64,000 nucleotides of DNA from Carcharhinus longimanus. Its lineage: Eukaryota. Position 1 is the stretch's first letter. Each line of letters starts with the position of its first letter. Position numbers and translations under genes: made by a program. Positions 25,529-37,179 of the stretch are shown piece by piece. The stretch covers positions 60,953,606 to 61,017,605 of the forward strand of contig JASCQW010000043.1 of the NCBI GenBank assembly GCA_030264375.1, written 5' to 3'. A model generated the notes under the pieces. That model was not told where the DNA came from. It did not search any database and saw only the letters and a list, made by a program, of their open reading frames with translations.

Positions 25529-26112
25529 GGGGAAGATGGTGGCAAAATGGTAATGTCACTAGACCAGTAACCCAGAAGCCCAGGCTAATGCCCTGATGAT
25601 GCAACAGCTGGTGGAATTTGAATTTGATTGATTAATAAATTCATTAAGTTCAATTAAAAAAAATCTGGAATTGAAAGCTAGTTTCAATAATGGTTCCATA
25701 AAAGGATCTTCAACTGTTGTAAAAAAACCTAGCTGGTTCACTAATGACCTTTAAGCTTATGTGAAGAAATATATGTGATTCCAGACATACAGTAATGTGG
25801 TGCCTCTTAACTGCCCTCTGAGCTTAGCGAGCCATTCAATTGCACCAAAGTGTTACAGAAAAGTCAAAAATAAAATGGGATAGAGCACTCAACACTGACC
25901 TAGCCACCAGAAATACCAGACACTCAACCCTTCAAATTCCTCCTTACTAACATCTGAGGCTTACGCCAAAATTGGGAGTGCTGACCACAGACTAGTCATG
26001 CAAGTCTGGCATAATCACACTCATTGAATCATACCTTACAGCCAATGTCCCAAACCCCAACATCCTCATCCATGGGTATGTCCTGCCCAACACCCAGTAG
26101 AGGTGGCAGCAT
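25529..26112 (+). mobile_element. LF-SINE-like tRNA-derived head followed by CR1-type APE endonuclease N-terminus
   Basis: GGTGGCAAAATGGTAATGTCACTAG head; CTGGTTCACTAATGACCTTTA and ATGTGGTGCCTCTTAACTGCCCTCTGA blocks; then LLTNI*GL..IITLIESYLTANVPNPNILIHGYVL..RGG. Confidence 0.6.
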
Positions 26113-27088
26113 TGTGACCTTACCCATTTTTAACCATGATTGCTTGTTGGTTGGAGAGACTGTACTCTTGTTCCCATGCTTGAGAGCTCATCTCTTTTTG
26201 CTGCAGATGTAGGCAAATTTAGACATCAGCCCGCTGAATTTCCTTTTCCCATTCTCAGGAAATCCTTGCCTGCTCTTCTCCCCATTTTCCATCTTTGTAT
26301 GCTCGCCCAAAAATTTTGTCAGCTGTTGAAAATTTTTCTCCCAAGTCTATCTCACTGCTTCAAGCATTGTTCACACCAGAATCCTGGGACATTAGTAAGA
26401 TAAAGTTGTTTTGTCAATTGTTTAAAAATATCTCTGCATGAAAATAATGAGGCACTAGTCTATGAGTAGCAAAATGAGAGAGGGCCAATGTTGAAATGAT
26501 GTTGCTCAGTGATGTCAATGATAAGCATATGGGGCACTTTCTAGTCAGGGTGCTCATCATCTCTGTAATACTAAAAAATGCACATGGAATATTTGAGGAA
26601 AATAGCATAGATACATTTAAAAGGAAACTTGATAAATATGTGAGGAAAAAATGGTTTAGAAGGATATGCTGATAGGGTTAAATGAAACCGAGAGACAGAT
26701 GTATTAGTAAAACATAAACCCTAGCATTGATCAGGTGGGCCAAATGGCTTGTTTCTATGCTACAAATTCTCAAAAAGTTTGTGCAATTCTATTTAGGTTC
26801 CAATTCATTGAATAAAACAGAAATTTAATTTTTCAGCCTCCTCTGTGGTTTCATATTTTCAATTAATAATTGATTCCAGTAGTGATTACTTATTTAGAAT
26901 AATTGTAATGGTCTCTTTGTACTACTTCCTGAGGAATTCCTACTGGTCTAAAAGCTGAGTATCTACTATCATTCTGTATTATAATTTGCAATGAATAATG
27001 TTATAAAAATGATTTGCATATTCATGACCTGCTAATTTTCTGAAACTAAGCTTCACATTATACAAATGAGGTGTCTGTTAAATTATAG

Positions 27089-27138
27089 AAATGTTTGAAG
27101 ATAGTCGTGACCAAAATACAGCCTCATCTCATCATTGA
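27089..27138 (+). CDS. Candidate terminal coding exon of FAM186-like gene (EMFEDSRDQNTASSHH*)
   Basis: attatag acceptor in phase 1, TGA at 27136-27138, AATAAA at 27246-27251; short and weakly supported. Confidence 0.35.
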
Positions 27139-29429
27139 GTATTTCTGTCCACTGGGCAATTTTGCCAATCTGTACCTCACAAGTCAGACAACTGGATATG
27201 ACTTCGAAGTCACCTTTGAATTCACAAGAAGAGAAGAAAAACAAGAATAAACCATTGGTATTTAAAATGTATTTGATTATTCAACCACTAAAATTGAAGA
27301 AAACATTTTTAATGAGTCTGGAGATTTGATATTAGAGTAGAGGGCAGAATGCTCGTTAAATGCTTTAATTGAATTTATGGCTGAACATTGATAAAGTTTA
27401 AAATACATGGTTCAGGAAGATTCATTTCTATATTTACATTTTCTTTACAAAAAATCTAAATTCTTAGTTTTGAATATATCAAAAGTGAAATCTTAAAGAA
27501 AATCTTGGAAACACTCAGCATATCTGGCAGTATCGGTGGCGGCATGGTGAGTGAATTAATGAAGAATCGTCAACTTGAGACTGCAGGCTGGACTTTTTTG
27601 TGGCCATTGAGACGCACCCATGTCTTCAACATATCAACCCATGTCCTCAGTGTGCCCACTGAAGCAACATACTGGACTCCCAGACTCCCAGTTGGTCACC
27701 TCCATACTTGTCATTCTAATTAGGAACAGCAGGCAAAATCCTGATGCTGCAGGCCCAATCAAAGAGTGCGCAGCATTGTTAGGCTGACAGCCTCACTAGG
27801 AGAGCTGGGTGCTGCCAAGGCAGGCAAGTGACCATGGGAATATTTCAATGTAGCAGTGCCCTCGGGCACCTGCATTAAAGTTATAAACTAAAGAAGGCCA
27901 AGGCTGATAGGGCCATCGGGTTGAAGGGCCAACCTGAACACCTCCTCCCCCGCACCCCCCCCAACTAAACAGGACAATTAACTGATGGGCCTTTTCAACC
28001 TCACGTCCCCTGTCATATTATTCAATGCTGAAGTTTATTCAACCTGCTCTATGCTCTATAATGTTGCAGCAAAAATATGTGTAAACCAATAATTAATCAC
28101 TTCTTTAATTAGACTAAATTCTACAGCGTAGCTGGTTTGCCTTAAAATGATTAAATGTTTCTTTCTGACTTCCTTCTTTTAATCAGGCCATCTTTCTATA
28201 ATGATACATATGGTGTTGTGCCTTTGGAGGCCAACCTCTCAAAGGACATGGTGCGCTCTTTTCCGAATGTTGTCAGGTGGAGAGCAGTCAGCAGTCCTTA
28301 GCAGCACTGCCTGCCAGCCACCCTCGCGACATTCTCATTATGATATGCATAATGTATTGGGAGTACTGCAAATATTGTTTTGGGGTAATCTGTTATTTTC
28401 ACCTAAGACCAGCGCACTGGCCAGCATGTGATCTGCTGTGATCTTAGCATCACTATGCTTTAACTGTTATTATTGGCCCTAATAACTTTACCTTCCTAAA
28501 CTACAGTAAATGAGAACTTGTAAATAAGATTTTAGAATAATATAAAAAAGTATTTTAAGGAACAATTTATGCACTTCACATGCATAAGTGGGACGGTGCT
28601 GGTTTTCTGCATATATTTAAATTGTATCAGTAAATTTGCCTGTTGCAATAATGCAGACACAATGGAGTTGGAGTCACAGCTGTTTTTGTTTTCTGTGCCT
28701 TAATTGTTTGCCAAGATTATTAATTAAACAGTCAGTGTAAAGCTACTGTGACATGTCTTGTTTTTTTGACTTGGTAATTTTTTCCTTTGCATTAGGTATA
28801 GTGAAATTATAAACCTTTCCTTGTAAACATGCTCATATTTTTGCTTGATATGATAGAAAAGAAGAAAACTTCCCATTCCTTTGCATCCTGGAATCAATTA
28901 TATAGATTCTTTGTTTCATTCTGCTCAGTTTTGGGATGATAATCAATACATTTCTGGTTGCACCACCTCTACATCACCAGGAAAAATTGCTCAGTTTGTA
29001 ACATTTTCTTCTTTTTGGCACTTTCACTGATTTTGCCTCCTGCCTGTGTACAATTGCTAAAGGGTTGCTCCACTTCGGATAGGTGCCATTGCGAATTACC
29101 TTCTATTTTTGCTTTTTAAAGAGAAAAGTAAGTACTACGTTCACATAGCAATATATGCACCATTATCCCCACAAGAGTACACCTAGAGACACTCCTGTCT
29201 GTGTTTAACATCCTTGGGGAAACTTTGACTTCCAAATAAAACTACTAGAGAGAAATGGTACAAGGTGCAAGAAAATTTGCAGCCAATCTCAACCACATGT
29301 TCTGCAGTGGGTGTTTAGATCCTAGTTGGCCTTAACTTCCATGCCACTGGATTGTTCAACAGTGTCACAGGGGATGTCCACAAAATAAAGTGGAGACAAA
29401 TGTAGCAAGCAAGTTACAATGTTCAGTAC

Positions 29430-29810
29430 AGTCAGCATTTGTACCTTTTATGTTCACAATTTATATCAATGATTTGGATATGGGGACTAAATGTAATATT
29501 TCAAATTGAAAGACGTGCTGGTTGGGTGCATTGATCCGAACAGCCACCGGAGAGTGGCGACTAAGGGAATTTCACAGTGACTTCATTGCAGTGTTAATGT
29601 AAGCCTTACTTGTGACTAATAAATAAACTTTAAATTTGTTGATAACACAAAACTAGGTGGACATTTCAATTCTGAGGAGGATACAATAAGGCTTCAAAAG
29701 AGTTTAAATAGGTTAAATCAGCAGGCAAGAATATCACAAATGGAATATAGAAATATATGAAGTTATTTATTTTGGTAGCAAAAACAGAAATGCAGGGTAT
29801 TTCTTTTAGT
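29430..29810 (+). mobile_element. CR1 RT fragment interrupted by a V-SINE type A piece (~29507-29636)
   Basis: IYINDLDMGTKCNI|SINE|KFVDNTKLGG, with AAATT on both sides of the insert. Confidence 0.75.
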
Positions 29811-29813
29811 GTT

Positions 29814-32700
29814 TGTAAGGGTTAATAAGTGAGATTGTGTAAACAGCACCTCCCATAATGATGAAATAAGAGAACACATGACATGGAGTTGAGGGGGATA
29901 ATGTTCGTTCTTCCGCAGCATACACTTAGTCATGGATAGCTGTACATAGTTTAGTTGTATATAATAAACTGGTTATTGTTTGAACGTATTAACATCTCAG
30001 CAATCTTTCTGAAGCTAGACCAACTAACGTATAAAATGGTGACGGACTCCTGGGCACTGAAAATTCAATTTTAAACAAGAGTAAGGGCATGATCTTGTGA
30101 AAATAATTCTTTAAATGCCAAACAAAACATGAAAATGGGAGAATTTCAGACCTTTTTTTGGATGAGTTTAAAAATGCAATCTAATGACATACTGTCATTT
30201 TTTTGGACAGAAGTGCAATTCTAAACATTTTGGCGAAAGGGGAATGAAGCCTAAGCTCAACGGTGAATGCGGCTACAGACTGCTTGAGGTGCCGTTGTGC
30301 AGGCATCTTGATCTCCCAGGGAACTAGGACACTACCAACCCCTATCTACCAGCACCCTCATGCTGATCTCCCCCTTCCCACATGCCGATCACTCAGAGTG
30401 CCAGGCTCCCCACTCCCTGCCAATCATCCCTGCTTGCATATCCCTCCACTAATAAATCACCCCCTTTCAAACCCCCCGCCAATCCCTCCCCCCCTTACAA
30501 TCACCCTGTTTGCAAAGCTCCCCACCTTTGCTCCCACCTGGTGCAGAGCTCCTCCTTTGCCTCCCTCCACTGTGTAGCTCCCTCCCACCCCCAGTGGAAC
30601 TGCCCCCTTAACTCATCCCACCCCATCTCCCCTATAGAGCTCCCCCTTGTCTTGTGCCAATCAGAGACCCATCCCCAGTCAGGATTCTCCTGCTCAGGCC
30701 ACTTGGCACTACCTTGGCACAGTTATGGTGCCCAGTGGGCAGTGCTAGGGTGTCCAGATGAGCACTGCCAGGCTGGCCCTGCCCCATGGGACCGCCTGAC
30801 CATGTCCCCGACCAACCGTGGGGCTCCGATGGCCTTCGATCACTACTCCAGGCCATAATGTGTCCACTGGTGGAGACATTCTTGCTGGCATATGGTTTGA
30901 CCGGCGAGGGAATAAGTGCAAGTGGGGATGGATGATGCTATGCCAACTGCATCAATGACATGCTAAGCATGGCATTAATATTTACATTGACTCTGTATCC
31001 TTTCCAGAGCCAATGCCGGTGGCCAAACAATGCCAGTTGCACAAAGGCAAATTACTGCAGGTGTTGGAATCTGAAATAAAAACAGAAGATGTTGGAAAAT
31101 CTCAGCAGGTTTGACAGCATCTGTGAGGTTTTCCAGCATTTTCAGCTTTAGTTTCAGTTGCATTGTGTGTGGCAAGAAACCGACTGCAAACCTAATTCTT
31201 TTCATCCTGCATGCAATCTTTCTGGTTCACCACACCAATCGACTGGCCTAAATGTATGAACTGCAAAAGTGGCACCAAAACTGCAGAACTCTAAGACAGC
31301 ACTGAAGAACTCTAAAGCTTTTACATAGATGAAGTGGAGGCAGGAAGAGTCAGAAAATCAACATTCAAGGCTGCACCACAGCACATGGTGGACTGTGAAG
31401 GAAATCCTTATCCAGCAATTGTAGATCAAGCAAAGACTGTGGAACTGGTGAGCAACCTTTATAGAAGGTAAAAAAAAAATCAATGTTAACGGCACACTGG
31501 CCAGACAGCACTGGGTAAAACCAGATCCCTATCAAGGGCAGGTTATGGAAAACCCTTCAAATCGGGTCTAAGTTTGTCATCATTATGCTATTAGAGAAAA
31601 GAAAATGGCTGCAAATACTTGATGCTTCAGGGGAAGGGAGTAATGAGATTATTGAAATAACTTAAAGCAAAGTTGTTTTCAACAGCTTTGCAGCATTCAA
31701 GAAATAAATAGTCTAGCTGAGAGATTCCCCCAGGGAGAGAATGGCCACTGTGGGAAAACTTTAAATACTGGAAGGAAATTTAAAACTTTAATTAAAACAC
31801 TTAAAAGCTTAGAAGATCTTAGCTTAGTAGATTCTAAAATTATCCCTCGAGAGATTTGGACACATGGGGATGGACCAAATCAAACATAAAACTGAGCACT
31901 TGGAGAAAAAATGGAATTCTCTGGCCATGCTCGCTGCAAAACTGGAGAATCGAGGTCAATAAACCTGTGCGTGGTATTCCCCCCCCCCCAACTACAATTC
32001 CCGTGGCTGGTGGGACAGGAGCTTTTACCCAAGATTCTTAAGTTTCCAAATTACTTCAGAAATGAACAGTAAGTCTGAAGCTGGATACATTGCTCCACAG
32101 GAACAGGAGCAGAAGATGTTATTTCAAGACAGAGCATCAATAAGATCTCTGATAAACTGGAAGACATCTTAAAAGCCTCCAATATTTCAACCTAAAGCGC
32201 AATAACATTAAAAAAAATCAAATTCAAAAAAGGATCCAGAGCCCAGGTGACCCAGTTGATGCATTTATTAATTATTTTTACAGGCTGGTAGAAGGATCAG
32301 TCATGATCTCATCAAATAAACATTGTTGGACTTTAACCTAGTGTTGTGAGACTACTTAATGTGCTGACTCCAGTCCAATGCTGGCAACTCAACATCATGA
32401 TCTCATTGAATGGTGGAGCAGAATCAATTGGCCAAATAGCCTATTTGTGCTCCCATGTCTTATGTCTTATGCAAGTATGGAGATCTAAAAATAGAATCAA
32501 TATGAGACCATATTGTAGTCAGTGTTACTGATGAATCTCTATCAGATTTATTGCAATTCAAAAAAACCCTCACCTCAGAAAGAGCATTATAGCTGGTGAG
32601 ACAACAGAGGTCTGTGAACAGAACAAAACTGAGAGATGGAGAAAAGTTTTATCTCAGAAAACTTTGAATAACCATACAGTTCCTTAAACCCAGGAATGTA
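29814..32700 (+). mobile_element. Gypsy 5' LTR, PBS and decayed gag, interrupted by other repeats
   Basis: TGTAAGGG...AATAAA LTR, TGGTGACGG PBS-like at ~30037; gag remnants QSPGDPVDAFINYFYRLVE and DHIVVSVTDESLSDLLQ. Confidence 0.6.
32313..32400. mobile_element. Penelope-like fragment inserted into a CR1 tail
   Basis: Flanked by direct repeat TCATGATCTCAT (32301-32312 and 32395-32406); homologous to 2760-2800. Confidence 0.65.
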
Positions 32701-32710
32701 AAATAAGTAA

Positions 32711-33048
32711 GGTGGCACAGAGGTTCGCACTGCTGCATCACAGGGACCCGGGTTAAATTCCTTGGATGCCTATCTAAGTGGAGTTTGCACGTTCTCCCCG
32801 TGTTTATGGGTTTCCTCTGGGTGCTCAGGTTTCCTCTCACAGTCCAAAGATATGCAGGTTGGGTTAATTGACCATGCTAAATTACCCCTTAGTGCCCCAA
32901 GATGTGGAGGTTAGGGGGATTAACAGGGTAAATATGTGGGGTTATGGGAATAGGGTCCAGCTAACATGATCTTTTGAAGAGTCTGTGCAGACTTGATGGG
33001 CTGAATGATCTCCTTCTGTACTCTAGAATTTAATTCTAGATTCTATGA
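32711..33048 (+). mobile_element. V-SINE (HE1-like), tail type B
   Basis: GGTGGCACAGAGGTTCGCACTGCTG head; ...GACTTGATGGGCTGAATG..CCTTCTGTACT..ATTCTATGA tail. Confidence 0.85.
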
Positions 33049-33707
33049 TCAGAGGGGATACAATTTGGATGGAAAATACAAGATGCCGCAAAGCCCTGCC
33101 AGTGCTGTCATACCTAAAAGACCCCACAGGTGCGAACGATTATTGATTGTAGACACCCAACCTCCAATCCTTGAAGTCACATTTACATCAACAATATCAT
33201 CATGCTCTCATTACCTAACTATTAACTATTGCTCTACAGTGGGTCTAATTACGTGGGAGTCAAAATCACAGAAGCCTGGTAGCAGATTGAGTTTAAGAGA
33301 TTAAGTTGGCAGCGTTTCAGTGGTGGGTCGGGACTTATAACATGACTTCCAGTGGCAGGAATCTCTTTTCCCTATAATTGCATACTTGAATATTCATTAA
33401 ATCACAACTTCTCCAATTGAGTCTGATCTTCAGGAACAAATCAGCAGTCAAGGGAAACTCATGCCACCTGATTTATGATTACATAAAGATGGTATACACC
33501 AGGTGAGATAGTCCATTCAGATCATAGATGAACAGCTGAAATTCCAGCAGCCAATTTGGAAGTGGAAGTGGTGCACAATTCTGCTTCTGCTGTTGCAACC
33601 CGCATCTCACAATCAAATTCCACCCTGTGACTCCAAAACTCACGTACTTGCACAGAGTTAAAATCGGATCTTAAATGTCAGCTACTAGTGCCAACTAGTC
33701 AAGTTAT

Positions 33708-34018
33708 AGAACATCATAGAATCCCTACAGTGCAGAAGGAAGCCATTCAGCCCATTCAGCCTGTCCAACAACAATCCGACCCAGGCCCTATCCACGTAAC
33801 CCCACATATTTACACTGCTAGTCCCCCTGACACTAAGGGTCAATTTAGCACGACCAATCAGCCTAAAAAGCACATCTTTTGGAGTGTCGGAGGAAACGGC
33901 ACAACCGAAGGAAACGCACACAGGCACAGGGAGAATGAGAAAGCCCCACGCAGACAGTCACCTGAGGCTGGAATTGAACCTGGATTCCTGATGTCGTGAG
34001 ACAACAGTGCTAGCCATT
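33708..34018 (-). mobile_element. V-SINE tail type B
   Basis: CATAGAATCCCTACAGTGCAGAAGG...GGAATTGAACC. Confidence 0.85.
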
Positions 34019-34374
34019 AGTGTAGTAATTTTGTGTACTGCTAAGGAGAATTTGAGTTTGTTGTTAGCTGTTTTTTAGCTCTCTGGCCTGTCCCAACACA
34101 TTCCCCACCACTTGCCCACCTGTCCCTGGCTGTTTAATCCTCCCATTAACACATTCTGCTACCTCACCTCTTGCCACCATTAGCACTCTTCATCCCTTAG
34201 TGGTACTATTAACTCTCCCCTTTGTCTTATGTCCAGGACAAATTTGCTCCTATCTCCTTTGACTGACCTATACCTTTCTTCAGTTCTGTAAAAGGATCAG
34301 TTAGATCCAAAATGTTAACAGTTTCCCTCCACAGCACAGATGCAGCCAAACCTGCAAAGTGTATCCAGCATTAT

Positions 34375-36055
34375 CTCAAGCTGTTCAACCTCTACCTGCT
34401 TCAAGAAGATGGCCATCATCCCTGTACCAAAGAAAAGCCAGGCAGCGTGACTTAATGACTACCGCCCGGTGGCTCTGACATCCATCGTTATGGAGTACTT
34501 CGAAAGGTTAGTCATGGCACGCATCAACTCTGGTTTCCCAGATTGCCTGGATCCACTACTATCGTCTATCACCGCAAAAGATCCACAGTCAACGCCAAGT
34601 CCTTGTCCCATGGAATACCTGGATAACAAGAACACTTATGTCAGACTGCTATTTATTGACTACCACTCAGCCTTCAACACCATTACCCCAGCAAAACTCA
34701 TATCCAAGCTCCATGGCCTAGGGTTTGGCTCCTCCCTCTGCGGCTGTTTCTGGAACTTCCTAATTCACAGACTGCAATCAGTAAGGATAGGCAATGACAC
34801 CTCCTCCACAATTTTCTTCAATACCAGTGCCCTGCAATGCTATGTCCCCAGCTTCCTTATACGCTTATGACTGCGTCGCCAAATTCTGCTGCAACCCCAT
34901 TTTCAAGTTTGCTGGTGATACCATCATTGTTGGTCGAATCTCAAACAATGACAAGATGGAATCATAGAGTCCCTGCAGTACAGAAGGAGGCAATTCGACC
35001 TATCGAGTCTGCACTGACAACGATCCCACCTAGGCCCTAACCCTATTACCACATGTATTTACCTGCTAATTCCCCCTGATACTAAGGGGCAATTTAGCAT
35101 GGCCAATCATCCTAACCTGCACATCTTTCGACTGTGGGAGGAAATCAGAGCACCCAGAGGAAACCCACACAGACACGAGGAGAATGTGCAAACTCCACAC
35201 TGACAGTGATCTGAGGCCGGAATTGAACTTGGGTCCCTAACGTTGTGAGGCCTCAGTGCTAACCACTGTGCCATCCCATGTAGTACAGGAAAGAGATAGA
35301 AAACCTGGTGAAATGGTGCAACAACAGTAATCTCTCCCACAGTGTCAATAAAATGAAGGAGATAGTCATTGACTTTAGGAAGCATATGGGAGGACATGCC
35401 CATCTACATCAATGGTGATAAAATGTAAATGGTTGAGAGCTTCAAGCTTCTAGGTGTTCAGATCACCAATAGTCTGTGCTGGTCCCTCCACACTGATTTA
35501 TAGTTGAGAAAGCCCACCAACATCTCTACTTTGTCAGGAGGTTAAGGAAATTTGGCATGTCCACTATGACTCTCACCAATTTTTACATTCTTTTTGAATG
35601 TATCACAACATAGTATGGCTCCTGCTCTGACCAAGACCACAAAAAACTACAAAGGGCTGTGAACATAGCCCCGTCTATCATGCAAACCAGCCCCCCATCC
35701 ATTGACTCCATCTATAGTTCTTGCTGCCTCGGAAATGCAGCCAGCATATAATTAAGGAGCCCATGCACCCCGGACATACACTTTTCCACCTTCTTCCATT
35801 AAGAAAAAAATACATAAGTCTGGGGTCATTACCAACCCAAGAGTAGCTTCTTCCCTGCTGCTATCAGACTTTTGAATGGACCTACCATATAATTAAATTG
35901 ATCTTTCTCTCCTCCCTAGCTATAACTGTAACAATATATTCTACAGCTTTTCTTTCCCTCTCCATGTGTACTCTATGAATGGTATATTTTGTCTGTATAG
36001 TTTGCAAGAAACAATGCTTTTCGATCTATCCCAATACATGTGACAAAAATGAATT
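34375..36055 (+). mobile_element. Rex1/Babar LINE RT and 3' end, decayed
   Basis: LNDYRPVALTSIVMEYFERLVM..LDPL..YVRLLFIDYHSAFNTITP; same family as 6198-7143. Confidence 0.85.
34959..35278 (-). mobile_element. V-SINE type B inserted in the Rex1/Babar RT
   Basis: Full head and tail; Rex sequence AACAATGAC..|..GTACAGGAAAGAGATAG is continuous in the copy at ~6360. Confidence 0.85.
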
Positions 36056-36660
36056 ACATCTCAGAAGAAAATTCCTCTGTAGTGGTGATGAACCTTCTCT
36101 GGCCTCCTCCAATGCTAGATAAGNNNNNNNNNNNNNNNNNNNNNNNNNNNNNNNNNNNNNNNNNNNNNNNNNNNNNNNNNNNNNNNNNNNNNNNNNNNNN
36201 NNNNNNNNNNNNNNNNNNNNNNNNNNNNNNNNNNNNNNNNNNNNNNNNNNNNNNNNNNNNNNNNNNNNNNNNNNNNNNNNNNNNNNNNNNNNNNNNNNNN
36301 NNNNNNNNNNNNNNNNNNNNNNNNNNNNNNNNNNNNNNNNNNNNNNNNNNNNNNNNNNNNNNNNNNNNNNNNNNNNNNNNNNNNNNNNNNNNNNNNNNNN
36401 NNNNNNNNNNNNNNNNNNNNNNNNNNNNNNNNNNNNNNNNNNNNNNNNNNNNNNNNNNNNNNNNNNNNNNNNNNNNNNNNNNNNNNNNNNNNNNNNNNNN
36501 NNNNNNNNNNNNNNNNNNNNNNNNNNNNNNNNNNNNNNNNNNNNNNNNNNNNNNNNNNNNNNNNNNNNNNNNNNNNNNNNNNNNNNNNNNNNNNNNNNNN
36601 NCTAGATAAGGGGACCAAAACTATTGACAGTATTCCAAGTGTGGGTCTAACTACAGATTT

Positions 36661-36768
36661 TTAAAAAATCTTACTTGTAAAGCTGCCCAATAATCAGATG
36701 GTTCATCTGATTATTGGGCAGCTTTACAAGTAAGATTTTTTAATCAGATGGTTCATCTGATTATTGGG
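36661..36768. repeat. Perfect 40-bp inverted repeat with 3-nt loop plus a 28-nt duplication of its apex
   Basis: 36661-36700 is the exact reverse complement of 36704-36743; 36691-36718 is repeated at 36741-36768. Confidence 0.95.
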
Positions 36769-37103
36769 TGGCACGTAGCACAGTGGTTAGCAGTGTTGCT
36801 TCACAGCTCCAGGGACCTGAGTTCGATTCCCGGCTTGGGTCACTGTCTGTGTGAAGTTTGCACATTCTCCTCATGTCTGTGTGGGTTTCCTCCTAGTCAT
36901 CAGGTTTCCACCCACAGTCCAAAGATGTGCAGGTTAAGTTGATTGGCCATGCCAAAATTGCCCCTTAGTGTCCTGCGATGCTTAGGTTAAAGGGATTAAT
37001 GGGTAAAATATGTACGGATATGTGGGTAGGGCCTGGGTGGGATTGTAGTTGGTGCAGACTCGATGGGCCAAATGGCCTCTTTTTGTACAGTAAGATTTCT
37101 ATG
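36766..37103 (+). mobile_element. V-SINE type B just upstream of the SNX2 promoter
   Basis: GGTGGCACGTAGCACAGTGGTTAGC..GAGTTCGATTCCC (good A/B boxes) and type B tail. Confidence 0.85.
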
Positions 37104-37179
37104 AAGCCATTCGGAGTCTTTCTAAGCATGTATTTAAAAGGCGTGCTCATATTTTCCTTCAACTTCAGTGCAGGTGCCA

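Noticed and set aside
30263-30858. Proline-rich ORFs of 104-158 aa
   Set aside because: By-product of C-rich sequence inside a probable non-autonomous repeat
36040-36618. Long ORFs here and at 6143-7108, 42982-43789 and 48298-49017
   Set aside because: Their length comes from N runs; the real parts are LINE fragments
36766-36840. tRNA-like A/B box sequences at several sites
   Set aside because: They are SINE heads continuing into the SINE body; no complete cloverleaf
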